A stretch of DNA of 64,000 bases. It comes from an uncultured beta proteobacterium. Its GTDB lineage: Bacteria; Pseudomonadota; Gammaproteobacteria; Burkholderiales; Gallionellaceae. Position 1 is the stretch's first letter, and the number at the start of each line of letters is the position of its first letter. Location of the stretch: the NCBI GenBank assembly GCA_963735945.1, contig CAVTMV010000010.1, forward strand, positions 17,559-81,558, written 5' to 3'. Below are positions 61,977-64,000 of this stretch, in pieces. The position numbers were made by a program, and so were the translations under genes. The notes under the pieces were generated by a model. That model was not told where the DNA came from and searched no databases. It saw only the letters and a list, made by a program, of their open reading frames with translations.

Positions 61977-62591
61977 ATGACGGAACATCCTTATGAAGAG
62001 CATCTTTCGCCGAATCTGTATTTCGACCGCGAGCACAATGCTGAAGCAGCCAAGATATTGCCCGGTGAATATTACGCGACAGCAAGGGACATGTTGCTGG
62101 TTACCGTACTGGGGTCCTGCGTCTGTGCCTGCATTCGGGATAAGGTGAGCGGAATAGGCGGCATGAATCATTTCATGTTGCCCGATAATGGCCAGGATCA
62201 GAAAAACCCCTTGGGTGATTCGGCACGCTATGGCTCGTATGCCATGGAGGTGTTGATCAATGAACTGTTGAAAATGGGGGCAAAACGAAGCAACCTAGAG
62301 GCCAAGGTGTTCGGAGGCGGTGCAGTCTTGCGTGGTTTTACCGTATCCAATGTCGGGGCAAGCAATGCGGAATTCGTATTGCACTACCTTGAAACAGAAA
62401 AGATACATATTGCCGCAAAAGATTTGCTCGATATCTACCCCCGTAAAGTATATTTCTTTCCTCAAACCGGTCTGGTGCGGGTAAAAAAACTCAGGGCCGT
62501 GCATAACGACACGATCATCAATCGCGAGAGTGAATATAAAACACGTTTGCAATATTCCAGGATGGAAGGTGATGTGGAGCTGTTTGAATGA
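61977..62591 (+). CDS. cheD: Chemoreceptor glutamine deamidase CheD
   Basis: TVLGSCV, GGMNHFMLP, ARYG.YAME.LIN, AKVFGG. Confidence 0.96.
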   Translation: MTEHPYEEHLSPNLYFDREHNAEAAKILPGEYYATARDMLLVTVLGSCVCACIRDKVSGIGGMNHFMLPDNGQDQKNPLGDSARYGSYAMEVLINELLKMGAKRSNLEAKVFGGGAVLRGFTVSNVGASNAEFVLHYLETEKIHIAAKDLLDIYPRKVYFFPQTGLVRVKKLRAVHNDTIINRESEYKTRLQYSRMEGDVELFE

Positions 62592-62613
62592 ATATGAAAA
62601 GGATTGAGACGAA

Positions 62614-63723
62614 TTGCCTTTAGATAGCCATAAAATCAAGGTGTTGGTAATCGATGATTCAGCGCTGATACGTAGCGTGATGAAAGAGATCATCGATCGG
62701 GAAAAAGATATGACGTGTGTTGGCGCGGCACCTGATCCGCTAGTCGCACGCGAGATGATCAAATCATTGAATCCGGATGTGCTGACCTTGGATGTGGAAA
62801 TGCCAAAGATGGATGGGCTGGATTTCCTGGAACGCCTGATGCGTCTCCGTCCGATGCCCGTAGTGATGGTTTCCACCCTGACTGAGCGCGGCTCCGATAT
62901 TACCTTCCGGGCGCTGGCGCTTGGGGCCGTGGATTTCGTTTCCAAGCCGAAAATGGATATTGCGCGGGGTATGGAAGATTATGCCCGCGAAATCACCGAC
63001 AAGATACGTGCGGCAGCGCAGGCCAGGGTGCGCAAGGCAGGTACGACACCTTCGAATAATAGTATCAATATTCAGGAAAAGTATTCTGCCGATGCCATTT
63101 TGCCCAGCGTGGCAGGCCGGTTCTCTTCAACCGAGAAGCTGATCATCATCGGAGCCTCCACCGGCGGGACGGAGGCGATCAAGGAAGTGTTGACCAGGTT
63201 GCCGGCTGACGTGCCTGGCATTCTGGTGACTCAGCACATGCCGGAAAACTTTACCAAGTCCTTTGCGGATCGTTTAAACAGTCTGTGCAAGATATCGGTG
63301 AAGGAAGCTGAACATAACGAACGTGTTCTGCCGGGACACGCTTATATTGCTCCAGGCCATTCTCATTTGCTGTTGAAACGCAGCGGTGCGAACTATATGA
63401 CTGAGCTGAATCAGGGGCCTCCGGTGAACCGGCATCGCCCTTCTGTCGATGTGTTGTTCCGCTCAGCTGCCAATGTTGCAGGTGCGAACGCACTTGGCAT
63501 CATTCTGACCGGCATGGGCAAAGATGGCGCTCAGGGATTGTTGGAGATGAGGCAGGCAGGCTCTTATACCATTGCGCAAGATGAAGAAAGTTGCATCGTC
63601 TTCGGGATGCCGAAAGAAGCGATCCATATTGGAGGAGCGTGCGAAGTATTGCCATTGCAGGGAATCGCCCGGCATACTTTGGATTATCTGACACTGCATA
63701 GCGGCAGAAGCAATAGAGTCTAA
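62614..63723 (+). CDS. cheB: Chemotaxis methylesterase CheB
   Basis: Receiver domain plus [28 protein letters not shown]. Confidence 0.97.
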   Translation: MPLDSHKIKVLVIDDSALIRSVMKEIIDREKDMTCVGAAPDPLVAREMIKSLNPDVLTLDVEMPKMDGLDFLERLMRLRPMPVVMVSTLTERGSDITFRALALGAVDFVSKPKMDIARGMEDYAREITDKIRAAAQARVRKAGTTPSNNSINIQEKYSADAILPSVAGRFSSTEKLIIIGASTGGTEAIKEVLTRLPADVPGILVTQHMPENFTKSFADRLNSLCKISVKEAEHNERVLPGHAYIAPGHSHLLLKRSGANYMTELNQGPPVNRHRPSVDVLFRSAANVAGANALGIILTGMGKDGAQGLLEMRQAGSYTIAQDEESCIVFGMPKEAIHIGGACEVLPLQGIARHTLDYLTLHSGRSNRV

Positions 63724-63753
63724 ATCGGAAAGTTTATATTCAGGGGGAAAACA

Positions 63754-64000
63754 ATGGCCTTAGAGATCCAGATTCGTGAAAACGTGGCGCGCATCATCAT
63801 GAAAGGACGTTTTGATTTTCAAGTGCACCGGGAGTTCAAGGAGGCATACACCAAGCTGTTTGACACCGCCAATGTGCAGCAGATCGAAATCGAAATGAGC
63901 AAGCTGGATTATCTGGATAGTTCCGCCTTGGGTATGTTGATGCTGTTGAATGAGCGTGCGAAATCAGTCAATAAAACCATCACACTGGTCAACCCGTCAG
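63754..64000 (+). CDS. STAS-domain anti-sigma-factor antagonist (partial; not in the ORF track)
   Basis: MALEIQIRENVARIIMKGRFDFQVHREFK...LDYLDSSALGMLMLL. Runs off the window. Confidence 0.88.
   Translation, partial: MALEIQIRENVARIIMKGRFDFQVHREFKEAYTKLFDTANVQQIEIEMSKLDYLDSSALGMLMLLNERAKSVNKTITLVNPS

Overview
A GC-rich betaproteobacterial chromosome segment. Gene content and style suggest Gallionellaceae/Sideroxydans-like, which is an inference and not verified. It is mostly core genes: fbaB, purT, zapE, queF, smc, guaB-guaA, rimP-nusA-infB-rbfA-truB-rpsO-pnp, a TolC/MacAB-type exporter, UDG-uvrC-pgsA, and tRNA-Pro/Arg/His. It also holds two c-di-GMP genes behind a FIST protein, a Cu-type P1B ATPase, an mtnP-ald2-apt-mtnA (DHAP-shunt) operon, and a large chemotaxis cluster at 47.5-64 kb. 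About 25 single-base frameshifts interrupt genes including guaA, guaB, smc and pnp. These are most likely uncorrected long-read errors, so the split ORFs are reported as single genes. The most notable items are: (i) a fourfold tandem [cheW + chemoreceptor] array with divergent sensor heads on near-identical, patchwork-homogenised signalling bodies; (ii) just downstream of the guaA 3' end, an unannotated 38-codon prepilin-like mini-ORF followed by a 931-aa membrane-anchored rod protein built of ~34 in-register 14-residue repeats plus 7 hendecads; (iii) a shared D-[IMV]-E-L-F C-terminal motif on six che proteins. No integrase, transposase, CRISPR array or rRNA was seen.
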